Positions 36,426-49,500 of a stretch of 64,000 bases of DNA are shown one piece after another. Position 1 is the stretch's first letter. Every line of letters begins with the position of its first letter. Below the pieces are notes generated by a model. That model made no database searches, was not told the origin of the DNA, and saw nothing but the letters and a program-made list of their open reading frames with translations. This DNA comes from Kiritimatiellia bacterium. Its GTDB lineage: Bacteria > Verrucomicrobiota > Kiritimatiellia > RFP12 > UBA1067. Location of the stretch: assembly GCA_017628025.1 (NCBI GenBank), contig JAGBZX010000001.1, positions 1,268 to 65,267 of the forward strand. Direction: 5' to 3'. Both the position numbers and the translations under genes were made by a program.

Positions 36426-37562
36426 CTACCCAAGCACTCTAACAGTGTCTTTAGCAATCATAAGCTCTTCATTAGTAGGAAGAACAATAACTGGGATCTT
36501 TGAAGACTTAGCAGAAATGACAGCAATAACGCCGTGAGATTTCTTATTGGCAGTCTTATCAAGTTTAATACCAAGGCCCTGAAGGCGATTGATAATGCGT
36601 TCGCGCACCTCAGTTGAGTTTTCACCGATACCGCCAGTCATAATAATGGCATCAGCGCCACCGATAATAGCATTGTAGCCACCAACATAAAACGCAACGC
36701 GGTATGCGAGCATTTCAAGGGCAAGCTCTGCTGCCTTATCGCCCTTGGCGGCCTTGGCACAAATATCGCGGCAGTCACCGCCAGGAACGCCAGAAAGCGC
36801 CTGAAGACCAGATTGCTTGTTGAGAAGCTTGTCCATTTCAGCTGGCGTCTGACCTTCTGCTTCCATTATTGAAAGAACTGCTGCTGTATCAATGTCACCG
36901 CAACGCGTACCCATTACCATACCTGCAAGAGGAGTAAGTCCCATTGAAGTATCTACAACTTCGCCATTTTTAATAGCAGCCAATGAGCTACCATTGCCAA
37001 GATGGCAAGTGACGAGGTTAAGCTTAGATAATGGCTTCTTAATCAACTTTGCCGCAGCCTGTGTTACAAACTTGTGGCTCGTGCCATGGAAACCATACTT
37101 ACGAATGCCGTACTTCTTGTAGTACTTTGGATCAATGGCATACATAGCTGCGCAGTCAGGCATCGTCTGATGGAAAGCCGTGTCAAAAACTGCAACATTA
37201 GGAACGCCCTTGAAGATTTTTTCGCAAGCCTCAATACCACCAAGATTAGGTGGCATATGAAGTGGACCAAACTTAACGAGCTTTTTGAGCTTTGCCATAA
37301 TTGGCTTTGTGACCTTAACAGAGTCTTTGAACTCTTCAGCACCATGGAGGACGCGGTGTCCAATAGCGTCAATGTCCTTGGGGTTGCCAAGATCGGCGAC
37401 TACTTGCTTGAGCGCTTCTGCATGGTTAGCAGGACCGCCTGCACCGATTCTCTCCACGAGGCCCTTTGCGAGCCTCGTTTCAGTTTCCATATCGAAAAGC
37501 TGGTACTTAAGAGAACTCGAGCCCGAATTCACTACCAGCACTTTTCTAATCTTATTCTTCAT
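36426..37562 (-). CDS. ackA: Acetate kinase
   Basis: N-terminal VLVVNSGSSSLKYQLF signature, FHGTSH, and overall acetate-kinase layout. Confidence 0.97.
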   Translation of the reverse strand: MKNKIRKVLVVNSGSSSLKYQLFDMETETRLAKGLVERIGAGGPANHAEALKQVVADLGNPKDIDAIGHRVLHGAEEFKDSVKVTKPIMAKLKKLVKFGPLHMPPNLGGIEACEKIFKGVPNVAVFDTAFHQTMPDCAAMYAIDPKYYKKYGIRKYGFHGTSHKFVTQAAAKLIKKPLSKLNLVTCHLGNGSSLAAIKNGEVVDTSMGLTPLAGMVMGTRCGDIDTAAVLSIMEAEGQTPAEMDKLLNKQSGLQALSGVPGGDCRDICAKAAKGDKAAELALEMLAYRVAFYVGGYNAIIGGADAIIMTGGIGENSTEVRERIINRLQGLGIKLDKTANKKSHGVIAVISAKSSKIPVIVLPTNEELMIAKDTVRVLG

Positions 37563-37580
37563 TTTGACTTTCTTTAATGA

Positions 37581-40500
37581 TTATTGAACAACTTCAACTT
37601 TATAATATCCAGACTTGCAGTCAAGTGTTTCCGTAAGAGGCACTTCTACAACTGCTTCATCAGCACCGATGTTTACAGTAATCTCGCTCTTAAGCGTCCA
37701 GTCCGCCTCGGCAAGTGTTGCCTTGGTGTAGATCTTGAGCGTTACTGTTGCATAGTTCTTGCCAGATTCGATACCGAAGATGTCACGGAGCTTAATACCT
37801 GCAATCGTATCAGCGACAGAAGCATCAACGCCAAGTATGACCTTCTTGCCGGCAGTGTCAAGCGTCATAGAGGAGATCTTAAGCGTATCAGGAACAATCT
37901 TCTTTTCGATTGCATCGCGGATTGCGCTAATAGAGCTCATCTTGCTGACATCAAGACCGATGAGGGCCGCAGCAAAGTCTGCACTCTGGAAGACCGTAAG
38001 CGAGGCGCCCGGGAGACCAGCGGAAATTGCCGCGTCAAAGACACCAGAGGCGATCTTGTTGGTGATTGTTACAAAGCCTTCTGGAAGAATGACCTTGTCA
38101 GAACCAATAGATGTCTGAGACTTAACTTCCTTGACAGATTCCCACTTGCCTCTCCAGCCAGCGGAAGCATATTCCCAAGCATCAGGGAGCCAGTCGCCAT
38201 CAGTATCAGAGTCTTCAATCCAGACACCAACGATAGGTGACTTAACTAGTTCATTATTAAGGACAACCATCTCGCCAGCATAACCCCAAGGCTCGAATGC
38301 GCTAAGCTCGCCGTCGCCATCCATATCGATGAACGCACGAACAAAGAAGTCACCATTTGCAGGTAATCCCTTGAGCTTTGCATTAGCAGTATTGAGCGAA
38401 ATATTCTCAACATCATTCGTTGCGAATGTTTCAGCTACTGGCGTACCAGAGAAGTCTGCTGTCGTGAACGCCTGAACACGAACCGTTCCGTTTGTACCAG
38501 CGCCCTTATACTTAGCTAGAACAACAGAGGAGCCAGCGTACTTAACACTTACGTCAATAGCCGAGTAGCCGTGATCGTTAACGTCCTGCTGGGCATTGAC
38601 CATCGTAGCGAATGTCGAGTAGCTCGACCACTTGGTTGTTGACTCTGTTGAGAACTTAGCGTTGTACATGCTAACTCTCCACTTATATGAAGAGTCGGTA
38701 AGGAATGTCTTGCCGTTAGCAAGTTTCTCACCTGCGCAAATTGGAGCAGTCCAAACAAACTGACCAACCGAGTTCATCTGAGGTGCGCGGCAGATGCCAG
38801 AATCCCAAACAAGACCGTCAGAAGAGTCTGTAATCTGGAGCCTGAAGGCCGTGTACGTTGAGCCAAACTGCTTAGCCCATACCGACTCACCAGGCATTGA
38901 CCACTTGAATGTCGGCCTTGCGCCATAGACAATCTGCGAGACGTTATCGAGCTGAGGTGTCGCGCAAATGCGGTCAAAGCGTCTTGTCACGAGGAACTTC
39001 GAAGCTGCGATTTCTTCCATATCGTCTTCGCTTTCAAACGAGCTCTTGCCTTCACCGATGACAACGAGGTAAGAAACGTTCGTAATATTGAGTGCGTTAT
39101 AGTTAAACGCATCTGCAACATACTTGTTATTCATAACCTCAGCGTTAAACTTAGCCCAGTCAATATCGAATTGACCATTGCCGAGGAAGTCAGCCTCAGT
39201 AAGCATTGAACGAGCTGCTGTCGTGAAGTACTTATCCATCACAATCGTAGGCAATGCCCAGAGTTTGTAGCATGGGTAGCCGTTAATCGCATGTCTTGCA
39301 ACACGAACGCGCGTGCTCTGCTCAGAGATTGCTGCTTCAACTAGCATATTTGTCTCAGTGTTGATGCGGCTATCTGTTGTGTAATAACCCTCTGCGGCAA
39401 GATCAGGTCTGTCAGATGTACCTGCGGCAAGATCAATGCGAGGCGTTATTGCGCTATGCTCGCTAAGCTCGATTGTAACCTTCGCGCCCTGCCAGCCTAC
39501 TTCAACATTACGGACAACACCATAAACTGTTTTTGTAGCTGTAGCTGTTGCGCCCATGCCACCAATACCACCCATACCGCTACCGGCAGAAGGAGCATTA
39601 CCACCAGCAGAAGGTGTAAACTCTGCTGTGAAGGTCGTAAAGCCTTCCTTGATGCCAGCGTAGCCCTGATCAGGATCAGAGAGGTAGTAAGTACCGGCAG
39701 TATTTGCGCTTACAGACTTAGACTGCCACTTGATCTTGACATATGCAGAACCCAGACGAATAGACTGGTAATCTGTTACGTTGTTGTTACGATCAGAGGA
39801 GTTTTCATCTTGCTCTGCCATTTCTGGATCCCCAAGCCAAAGCTCGTTGAGCGCTGGGTTGGCGAAGTCGATGGTGACCTTACCTGTCTTGTAATCAATC
39901 GTGCCAACTTCCGTTTCGCCGCCAAATTCGCCGCCAAGCGTTACGAGCTTGCCTTCTTTATCAACGACGAAATAGTACCACTGAGCTTCTTCAACGAGAC
40001 CGATGGAAGTAGCCTCAAGCGTTTCAGGGTTGACCCAAACAAATCCGGTATCCTTGAAGAAGAGTCTAAATGTACCTGCCTGAACAACGCCAGGGCCAAG
40101 ATAGTACGTCTTTCTCACCTTCGGGTTGATACCGATGTACTTAGTTGAAGGTTCGACTTCAGTAGCGGTTGTCTGACCTAACTGTGTACTAGTCGTCATT
40201 TCAACGGTGTTACCGACAGTCCAAACTGCGTCTGGCTGCTTTGTCATATCAAAGTTGGCCTTTTCGTTCCACGCCTTGAATGTTACGCTGCCTGCGAGAT
40301 TTTCTGCGCCATTGTAGACGAGATTCATCTCAATAACAGGTACTGGATGCTCGATGCGGATAAATCCATCGATACCAGAAGATGCATCAACATCAGGATC
40401 AGTGTTCGAACGGAATTCAGCATAGTTAGACCAGCCGTCGTTGTCACGGTCAATCATTGGGTCATACTCGCCTGGATTTGCGTAGAGCATACCATCAACT

Positions 40501-43500
40501 CCTGCCATAGCGAACTGATATTCCCAATCATCGCCAACGCGGTCATGGTCAGTAAACATCTCACCGAGATACATCTCTCCGACCTTGCGGAAGTAGTCAA
40601 CTACAGAACCATCGGTCTTGGGATTGTTCGGGTCAAGCTTGACGAAGTTGAAGACTTCGCTTACGAGATATTCTGCGTAGTTCGAAAGACCATCACCGTC
40701 AGCGTCCTTACGCGCATCTTCACCCTTGAGGTGATAGTAGAACGCGTGCTTATCGGTTACGCCATCGCCATCAGTATCGACAGTATTTGGATCAGAAGGC
40801 GAGTTGCCGCGATCGAATTCGTTGTAGAGCGGCAATGAGTCGCTATCGTCGTCAGTCGTGCGGTCAGCAAAGTCCCATGGGCTGTAGCCAGTGTAAAGCT
40901 CCCAACCATCAGGCAAGCCATCACCGTAACGACCTTCGCTATCGCCCCAATCGCTGTCAATAATGCCAGGCTTGAGCGACCACGATGCCCAATCAGCAGC
41001 TGCGTTTACAACTCTTTCATCGCAAAGGCCCATCGCCTCGTAGTACCTAATAAGTAAGTACTTGTCAAGAGCGGTGAATTCCTTCGTGTTGATTCTATCT
41101 TCAGAAGCAATGTAACCGTTTGCCGTCTTAGAGTTGAAGCCATACTTGCGATAGACCTGGTTGTGGAGAAGCACAACCTTAGCCTCAGTATTGACCTCAA
41201 TTGCACGGTTTTCACCCAAGGTTACATCAACTGCTGTAACTGTCGAAACAACATTCGAAGATGTTGGCTCAATAATCGTTACATCGACGTTGAGGTTTGT
41301 GAGAGTGCCAAGCGTGTATATGCCACCATCAACAGAAGCGATTTCATAAGCCTGACGGCCAGTAACATTGTCGCCAACATTAATTGCCGCGTCCTCTGTG
41401 AAGAGGTAGCTAGAAACAACATTGTCTGTCGTGTTGCTAATACCAGCAAGTATGTACTTGGCCGTTGATGGAATCGTGACAGATGCACCAATGCCATACA
41501 TGCCACCAGCATACTCAAAGGCCTTGTTAAGAACTTTGTCGTTCATGTTGTCGCCAATGACAGGAAGTGCCGCGCCTTCCGGGAGCACGTAAATTTCTTC
41601 AGTGCCCGTAAGAGTTGAACGCGTTCTAACTGTCGTCATGACAACTTCGCTGTATGCCATCACATCGCCATCAACTACCGTATCTGCATCTTCTGCGTCG
41701 AGCGGATCGGTGCCAGCCCAAACTTCCCAGCCGTCCCACATTCCGTCGCCATCTGTGTCGACAGAGTCAGGATCTGTGCCGATTTCCTCTTCTTCAAAGC
41801 CCTTAAGACCATCACCATCGCGGTCAGAAGTGTCGTTTGAAGAGTCATCGTCAGACTCGCTAGAGATTGCCTCTTCGGCGGCCTTGAGGTCGTCCTCGTT
41901 ATCAAGAACGTCAACGATGAAGTTCTGGTTAATGTCAGTATCCTCAATATAGACAGTTGCCACTGCCGGATCAAAGACTGCATCAGCATTAATCGTCACG
42001 CTCACAGGCGTCCAAATCTCTGCGTCTTGAGTACCAACATTACATGCATAACCCCATGACTCGTAGCTCTGTCTTACGCCATCGCCGTTGCGGTCAATGA
42101 ACGCCAGGAGATAATACTCGCCATTAGGAAGACCTGAAAGCGTAATACTTGCAGCGCCATCAACAAGCGAGCTGCCAACTACGCGAGATTTGGCGATGCC
42201 GGCAAAATCAGGCGTTGAGTATGCCTCAACAACAATGTTGCCCGCTGTTGCGGAAGGTCCGTAGTACTTAACATTGGCAGTTGCCTCACCAGAGAGATCA
42301 ACCGTAAACTTGGCCGCTTCGCTCCAAACGACATCCTGAGAAGAAAGTTTCTCAAGTGAAGAGAACTTCGCGTTGAATAGTGCAACACGCCAGAAGTATG
42401 TAGCGCCATCTTCAGCAAAGAATCTTGGCTCAGCAGTTACAACACCCTTGACTGCGCCAGAGAGGAGGTTCGTCGTTGCGAAGACCACATCACCAAAGTT
42501 CTCGTCACGAGAAACTTGGAGCGCGTAAGCAGTGTAGGCCTGAGTATCAGCGTTAAACTCAAACGAAGGTCTAGCTGCAGTTACCACGCCGCGGGAATTT
42601 GCACTTGGCGCAATTGGCAATCCAGACGAACGAGTTGAAGGATATTCATTCTTGAATGTCGCAAAGACATTCTCGTTAGTCTGACCGGCTTTATACTTAG
42701 CATCGCCAAGAATGACTTCATACGTTGCATCAGCAATTGCCGAAGGAGCAAGACCCATTGACTTAGCATCAGCAGCCAGATATGGATCAATGTCATTCTT
42801 AAGAGCTGTATAGAAGTCGCCTTCGTGGATGAAGCTACGATTTGCAACCGTGTAGATACGGTTAAGGAGCGTGCGCTTCTTAGCAGTCGTATCGCCGTTG
42901 ATAGCAGTACGAACGATTCTTACGCGAATCTGCTCGCCATCAATCGAGCTTGTTGTACCGCCTGCAGTTCCAGCTGTCGCGCCAGGAGCGACTGGTGCAG
43001 CAGGAGTTGAGCCAAATACTACATTAGAAGTATTCGTTGTAGAGCCCTCAAGAACTGTCCTATCAGAGGTTGCAGCAAGAATATCAATACGAGGAACAAC
43101 AGGCGTTACGTCTGTAAGTTCAATCGTGAAGTCCGCTGCACGAGAGTAACCAACAGGGATGCTCTTAACGATACCGAATGGCTCTGCTGCGTTATACATG
43201 CCGTCACCATTGATATCTGCGTATGCCGCAAAGTGGATATCACCTTCCTTAAGGTAGCCGTGCTGTGGAATCTTAAGCGACATTGAGAGATAGCCGTTGT
43301 GAGCCATTGAGCCCTCATAATCACTCTGCGGGACGACCCACCAGCAAAGCTTCTTCTGCATATTGGCAGAAGCATAAGCCTCGATAACGAAGGCGCCAGC
43401 GTCAATATCCTTTTCGCCACTGTAGGCAAGCTTGACATTGATAGTTGGGTACGGGACGCCTGCGTAGTTGCTCTGTACACGCATCACTGTCTGGGTATCG

Positions 43501-46500
43501 AGATACCTAATGGAACCGGAGATCGACGATGTCCAGTTGCCTGCAGCATCCATCGAGGTCGAAACTGAAATATTGTCTTCAAGAACTGCGTAGTTGTTGC
43601 GGATGTAATCGTATTCCTCGCTCGAGATGTTACTGCGAATTACCTCATTCGAGATAACATCAGCAATATACGAGACACCAGTTTCTACGAACGAACGAAT
43701 CTCAGACCAGTTAGACCAGCCATCCTTATCAGTATCCTTCGTTGCATCATAGAGACCACGGTTATAACCAAAGTCAGACTCGATTGAATCTTCAATGAAG
43801 TCGTGATCGGCAACAACCTCACCAATGTAGTGCGTATTGCCAGCAACTACAACCTGACGGAAGTAATCGTTCGTGACAGTGTCAGTCATAAGCTTTCTGA
43901 CATCTAACACTAATCCGTACTCGCGAGCCTTGTATTCTTGGATGTTTGAAAGGCCATCGTTATCAACATCAGAGAACTGTGCCTCTGGCGTCTTGATATC
44001 ATAGAAGTATGCATCGCTGTCATTGAAGACACTTGAAACGGTGTGATCATTCCAAGGATCTGTAGGCATATTGCCGCGATCATATTCGTTGACGAGTTTG
44101 AGATTGTCAGCATCTTCGTCGATTTCACGATCATCAAACTTCCAGCAGCTAATTGCCTTACCGTTCGTGAACGATTCGAGATTCATGTCATTCTTGCCGA
44201 ACATGACATAGAGTTCCCAGCCATCTGGTACGCCATCTTCATCATAGTCGACGTTATAAGGCACAAGCGAGTAAGACTTCCAAAGATTCTTCTGATTTAC
44301 ATCTGCCTCCTCGCAAATACCGAGCGAAGCAAAGTAACGAAGAAGGAGGTACTTATCAAGCGCTGTGAACACCTTCGTGTTAACTGCGTTCGTAGCATTA
44401 ACCGCTGTAAGCGAATTAAAGCCGAACTCAGCATAGACCTGCGCGTGGAGAAGCGCGACCTTAGCGTCATAGACGTTGACGACTCTGTTGACATACTGTA
44501 CAACATTCGTAACATCGTCAACAATGTTAGTAATAGGTGCTGGGTCATCAATTGTGATAAGACCGCCGCGGCCAATATACTTAACCTCAACTCCGTCTTC
44601 AATGACGGGATACTCAAAGCTATTGTAGACCTCAAGGCCCTTAGCAAGGTCACCGCCAACAGGAAGCGTGTCATCCGTCTTCATGATGTACGTGACTAAT
44701 TCTGCATCAGGAGCATTTGACTTGATAGTAACAAGCTTTGCATCCATCGTAGCAAATGCCATCACATCGCCATCGGTGTATTCACCAGCGTCAGCAAAGA
44801 GCGGATCCATATCAGCGAAGATTGCTTCCCAGCCATCTGGCATGCCATCGCCATCAGAATCCCACATTGAAGGATCTGTGCCGAATGAAGCTTCGTCTTC
44901 ATCAGAAAGACCATCGCCATCACTGTCATTACCTACTACTTCTGCTGTGACAGATGTTGAGAAGAACTCTGCCTCAGTGCAGTCGGGAATTTCGTTGCGG
45001 TTAGTATCTGGATCTTCAATGTAAATAATCTTCTTCTCGAAAGCATTTACTTCGTCAGTTACCTGAATAGCATCTGGCGTGTAAATATCTACGGCGTCAG
45101 TGCCGACTCTATTAGCGTAACCCCATGGCTCCCACGCATCGCGGCGACCATTGTTATTAAGATCGATATACGCTCTTAAGTAAACCTCGCCAGGCTCAAT
45201 ACCACCAAGAACAACGTCTGTTGTTGTGATATCAGCAATGCTTGAGAGGCGCGAAACGTCAGTATAGCGCTTGCGATCAAGCGGCATACCTGTAAAGTCA
45301 GCGCTTGCAAATGCTTCAACAACAACAGCACCTGAAAGCTCGTTCGTGCGAGCGCAGCCAAAGTAGCGAACTACAGCGCCACACTTGCCATAACCAGTTG
45401 GAAGTAATGGGTAACGATTTACGTTGCTTACATCCATCTGGAATGCTGTCCACTTGCTCCAGTCAGAATCAAATTCAGCAGTATTGAACTTCGAGTTCAA
45501 AAGCGCTACTCTCCAATAGTAGTTAGAAGCGTCATGGACATAATACGAGCCGTTCGTCGTAACTGCACAGTTCCAATAGAACTCTGGCGTTACAGTATGG
45601 ACTAAAGTTCCAACTGTGTAACCAATTCTACCAGGTAGAATCTTAATACCGGAATCGTAAATGACATCTGTCTTGTTCGTCGAGGTTGCAATCTGGAGGC
45701 GATATGCCTTCATCGTTTCATCACCTGTCTGGAACGACATCGTTGGGTAAGCCCGATAAACTGGCGCAGTAGCAAGAGGCTCCTTAGCAATCGCAATTGA
45801 GCGAGAAGCTAAGAATTCATTTTCAAATGTGCTAATAACGTCATTAGTTACAGTGCCGTCAGTTAGAATAGAACGCTTAGTTATTTCATACCCTGCCGTG
45901 CGGAGGTCTTCAACTGCAATACCAAGCTTTGTTGCATCCTTTAAGAGCCACTTCCAGTCAAGGTCTGGAGTATTTGCTGAAATAACATCTGCTTCTGTAA
46001 TATATGAACGGTCGTCATTTACAAAAGTCTTCGTAAGAAGTGTTCTTACTGGGACCGTCTTATCATTGAAGATAGTGCTACCATTAATAGAAGTACGCCT
46101 TACTACAACAGTAGTTGTAATCTCGTCTTGGGTAGCCCCTTGTGCAGCATTGCCAGCACCCTGTGCGTCAGCAACATTAACACGAGCAATTGCAGAGCTT
46201 TCATCTTTAAGCTCAATAATAAGCTCTTTCGTCTTGTGCCAGCCTATCTCTACATCGTGTACTGCGCCATACGGATCAATACCAGGCGTAAAGACACCAT
46301 CTCCATCCATATCAATAAATGCCTCGACAGTATTCTTGCCTTCTTTTACACGGCCACTTACTGGCTCGCTAAGCCAGATTGCCTGAGGATATTCATTACC
46401 GATGCGGTACGACCAAATAACCTGGAAGATATTACCTTCAAACGATTCGCCTGTAGCAGACTCTACTGCCGCTAGGTCAATGCTGTATTCACCAGTACGA

Positions 46501-49500
46501 TAGTTAATCTTACCAATATTTACAGAAACAGAGTTTCCTGCGCTGTCTGTACCGGCAAACACAATATCACCCTTATTGCCGTCGGCATCGGACAATGTTT
46601 TACCGAACTCAACCCATTCTAAGACGATATCGTCAAGAATAAGCGCTGGATTAAAGAGTAACTGACGGCGATATTCTTCATATGTGCCACTGTACTCAAA
46701 TCTTTCACCTAGACCATCAACATAATGCCATCTGTATGTTCGCTCAGCAGACATACTTGCCCTTTCAAAGCGAACCTCAGCAGGGATGAGATTACCTGGC
46801 GTAAGGAAGCCGCGAATTACATTGTCGGCATAATAGCCACCAATTATCTTGCTGCGAGCAACACCATAAGCTGGTACTGTAAAGGTAGCATCTACACGAG
46901 GAGTATAGCCACTGAACGTTCTAACCACAAGTCCCTTACTAGAAGTATCCTGCACACCATTGTAAGAAAGTCTTACACCAATAGCCGGCTCTGGATAGCA
47001 GATAATGTGATTATCACCGTCAATGAACCTATCAACAACATCGGCTGCGAAGCTACCACGCCAAATAAAGGCACGAGCTTCCGCCCAGTTAGACCAGCCA
47101 TCTTCATCCTTATCGTAATCTGGGTCATACTTCTTAGAAGAGGCAAACGAATAGTTATACTTCTTCTCCCACCAGTTTTCTACAAAGTCAGTATCAGAGA
47201 CTATCTGACCAATATAGGAGTTGGGGCTTATGTGCCTGTCGCTGAGTAGTATTGCGTGATCTGGGCCAGAGAGATAATAGTCAGTTACGAGCTGATCTCT
47301 ACCTGTGCGATTCTTAAGAGGATTGAGAATCGGGAAGCCATTCTTAATACCATAGGGGCTTGAGCCAAACGAAATAAGATATTCGTTATAGTTCGAAAGG
47401 CCATCATTATCGTCGTCATCATCTGCGCCACCCTTAGTGCCGAAGAGATCTTCCCACCAATCAGGAAGGTTATTAGCATTAGTGTCAGCAGTTGAAACAA
47501 AGTCAGAATCAAACTGGCCATTAGGCTGGAGTCCCATCGCAAGGTCAATAAGGAATGCCTGATAAGCGGGCATTTCTGCGCCATGATAGATTATAAGCGT
47601 ATTCCAATTGATGTCTTGATCCCATGTGATATTGCCGTAGTTACCACGAGCATACTCTTCCCACCAATCAGAAATACCATTGGCGTTATCGTCAGCTGCA
47701 GTATATTCCCACGCATCAGCAGGTACTCCGTCCCACATCTCCTTAGCACGGCGTGCATACGCGCCACCCATCGGGAGTAAGTCGCTAGGTCCTACTAAGC
47801 GAGAGCGGACTTCATAACGGTAGAGATTTAAGATAGGCTCATACTTTGTGCCCATCTGCTCTACAAGGCGATTACGCCTAAAGAGCGTTAAGTATCTATC
47901 AGCACCGTAATTGAAGAACGAATATGGATTTGCCGCATTGGGGAAGATAAACCTCTCAACGCCAGAATCCGTTGGATCAACATACGATGCAGCAAGAGCT
48001 TCTGAATAGTATAAGCTATCCATCGTGCTGGAATCCATAGCTGGCAAGTGAGCAACGGTGTTCTCAACCCATGGAACTACCGTAATGTCATTGTAAACTC
48101 TGCTCTTCGTCTCACATTCATTCCACCAGCCATAGCTCAACGCAGTCTTTTCGCCAAGTTTGTATGTGCCGTAAGCGCCGCCCTTAAGGTTGCAGCTTAC
48201 TTCAACAAGGTTTGGTAATTCCGGTCTTGCTACGTCATAGCAGCCCGTGAAATCCATATCCTGCATCTTTGTATAATCGACTTCGGTAATGTCGAGAATC
48301 TGCTTATTAAAGCCAGATGGCGTCTTTGATACCCAAGCTGGGTCAGTTGCACCAGGAAGCGAAGTAAAGCTATAATGCATCAAAAGTTCTGGCGGCAACA
48401 TTGGAAGCCCATCGTTATCATTACGCGTGCCGCGGTTGAGCCAAACCTGATAAGCACTTATGCGATTATCCTTGGCGTCAGCCATCGTGAAGCGCTTGCG
48501 ATAATTGCCGAGGATCTCTGCGCTTGTACGGGCACCATCCCACACGCGAACTTCATCGATGTAACCGCCGAAGTATTCGCGTATCGTATTATACGAAACC
48601 TTGTCAACAACGAGCGGATCGCCGCGGTTTTCAAGGCTTGGAGTATGGATTGGTCTTGCGCCAAGATAGAGTGTCGTTGGCATAAAATCATAAAGACCAG
48701 TAAGTAAGCCAGAGCCAATATCCTGCTCGACAAATACTACACCGTTAGCAGGAATGAGCGTTGTCTCAGCAGAGTCTGCTATCTGACCATTGACATAGAG
48801 CGTAAGCTTCTTGCCGTTGTAAGTTAGAGCAATATGAACCCACTTACCAAGCTCGAGCATCTGGCCGGTAACTCTCTGGCAGCTTACAGGCTCGTTGCTG
48901 CCGGACTCGAGCGCGTCAGCGTTGTCAAAGAGACCAAAGACGCGGCCCTGTTCATCTATGCCGAGGCGGAAGTTCGAGCGGATAACAGCTCCTGGGTTAA
49001 CTGCAGTGTTACCGGAGTAAAGCACAGCACGATCAAGAATCGTCTGAACGATACCCTTGCGCTCTGGGCAAATCCACGCTTCAACTGTGAACTGCTTAAA
49101 CATATCATTAGCATCACTGCCGCGATAAGCCTGCGTTCTTGTCATCATAAACGAGTCAGTGCCGTCAAACCATGCAGCCTGATGACGCTCTGGGTCAGAG
49201 AAGTCGAGCGGGTCGGTAGCGACCTTTACGGTCTTGATGATTTCACGACCATCAGCCACCCAGTCGTTATCTGTATCGTAACCTTCATTCTCTTCGAACG
49301 AAGTGAGGAACGCCTGCTGAGGAGCAGCTGGGTCTTCGCGCATCGAACCCATGATAGCGTTTTGATAATACTCATCGCTCGTAGCAAGTGACGTGAGCTT
49401 GAACGGCAATTCACTATCAGGGAACATCACATTTCTAACTGGCGCGCCCTGTGTGTAATACTGAGCAGTAAAGCTCATAGGCATACCAGAGTCAGTAAAC

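Noticed and set aside
37581-37610. Shared C-terminal ...VVQ in the giant protein (YYKVEVVQ) and the 247-aa cluster protein (NDYEQVVQ) as a possible sorting signal
   Set aside because: Only a three-residue match across about 46 proteins, which chance can explain. No other protein in the window ends this way, and I know of no such signal.
37590-37680. Possible ackA promoter inside the 3' end of the giant ORF (TTGACT ... TATTAT/TATAAA)
   Set aside because: The spacer between the hexamers is only 11-14 nt, outside the functional 16-18-nt range. It is mentioned in a finding only as the best, inadequate candidate.
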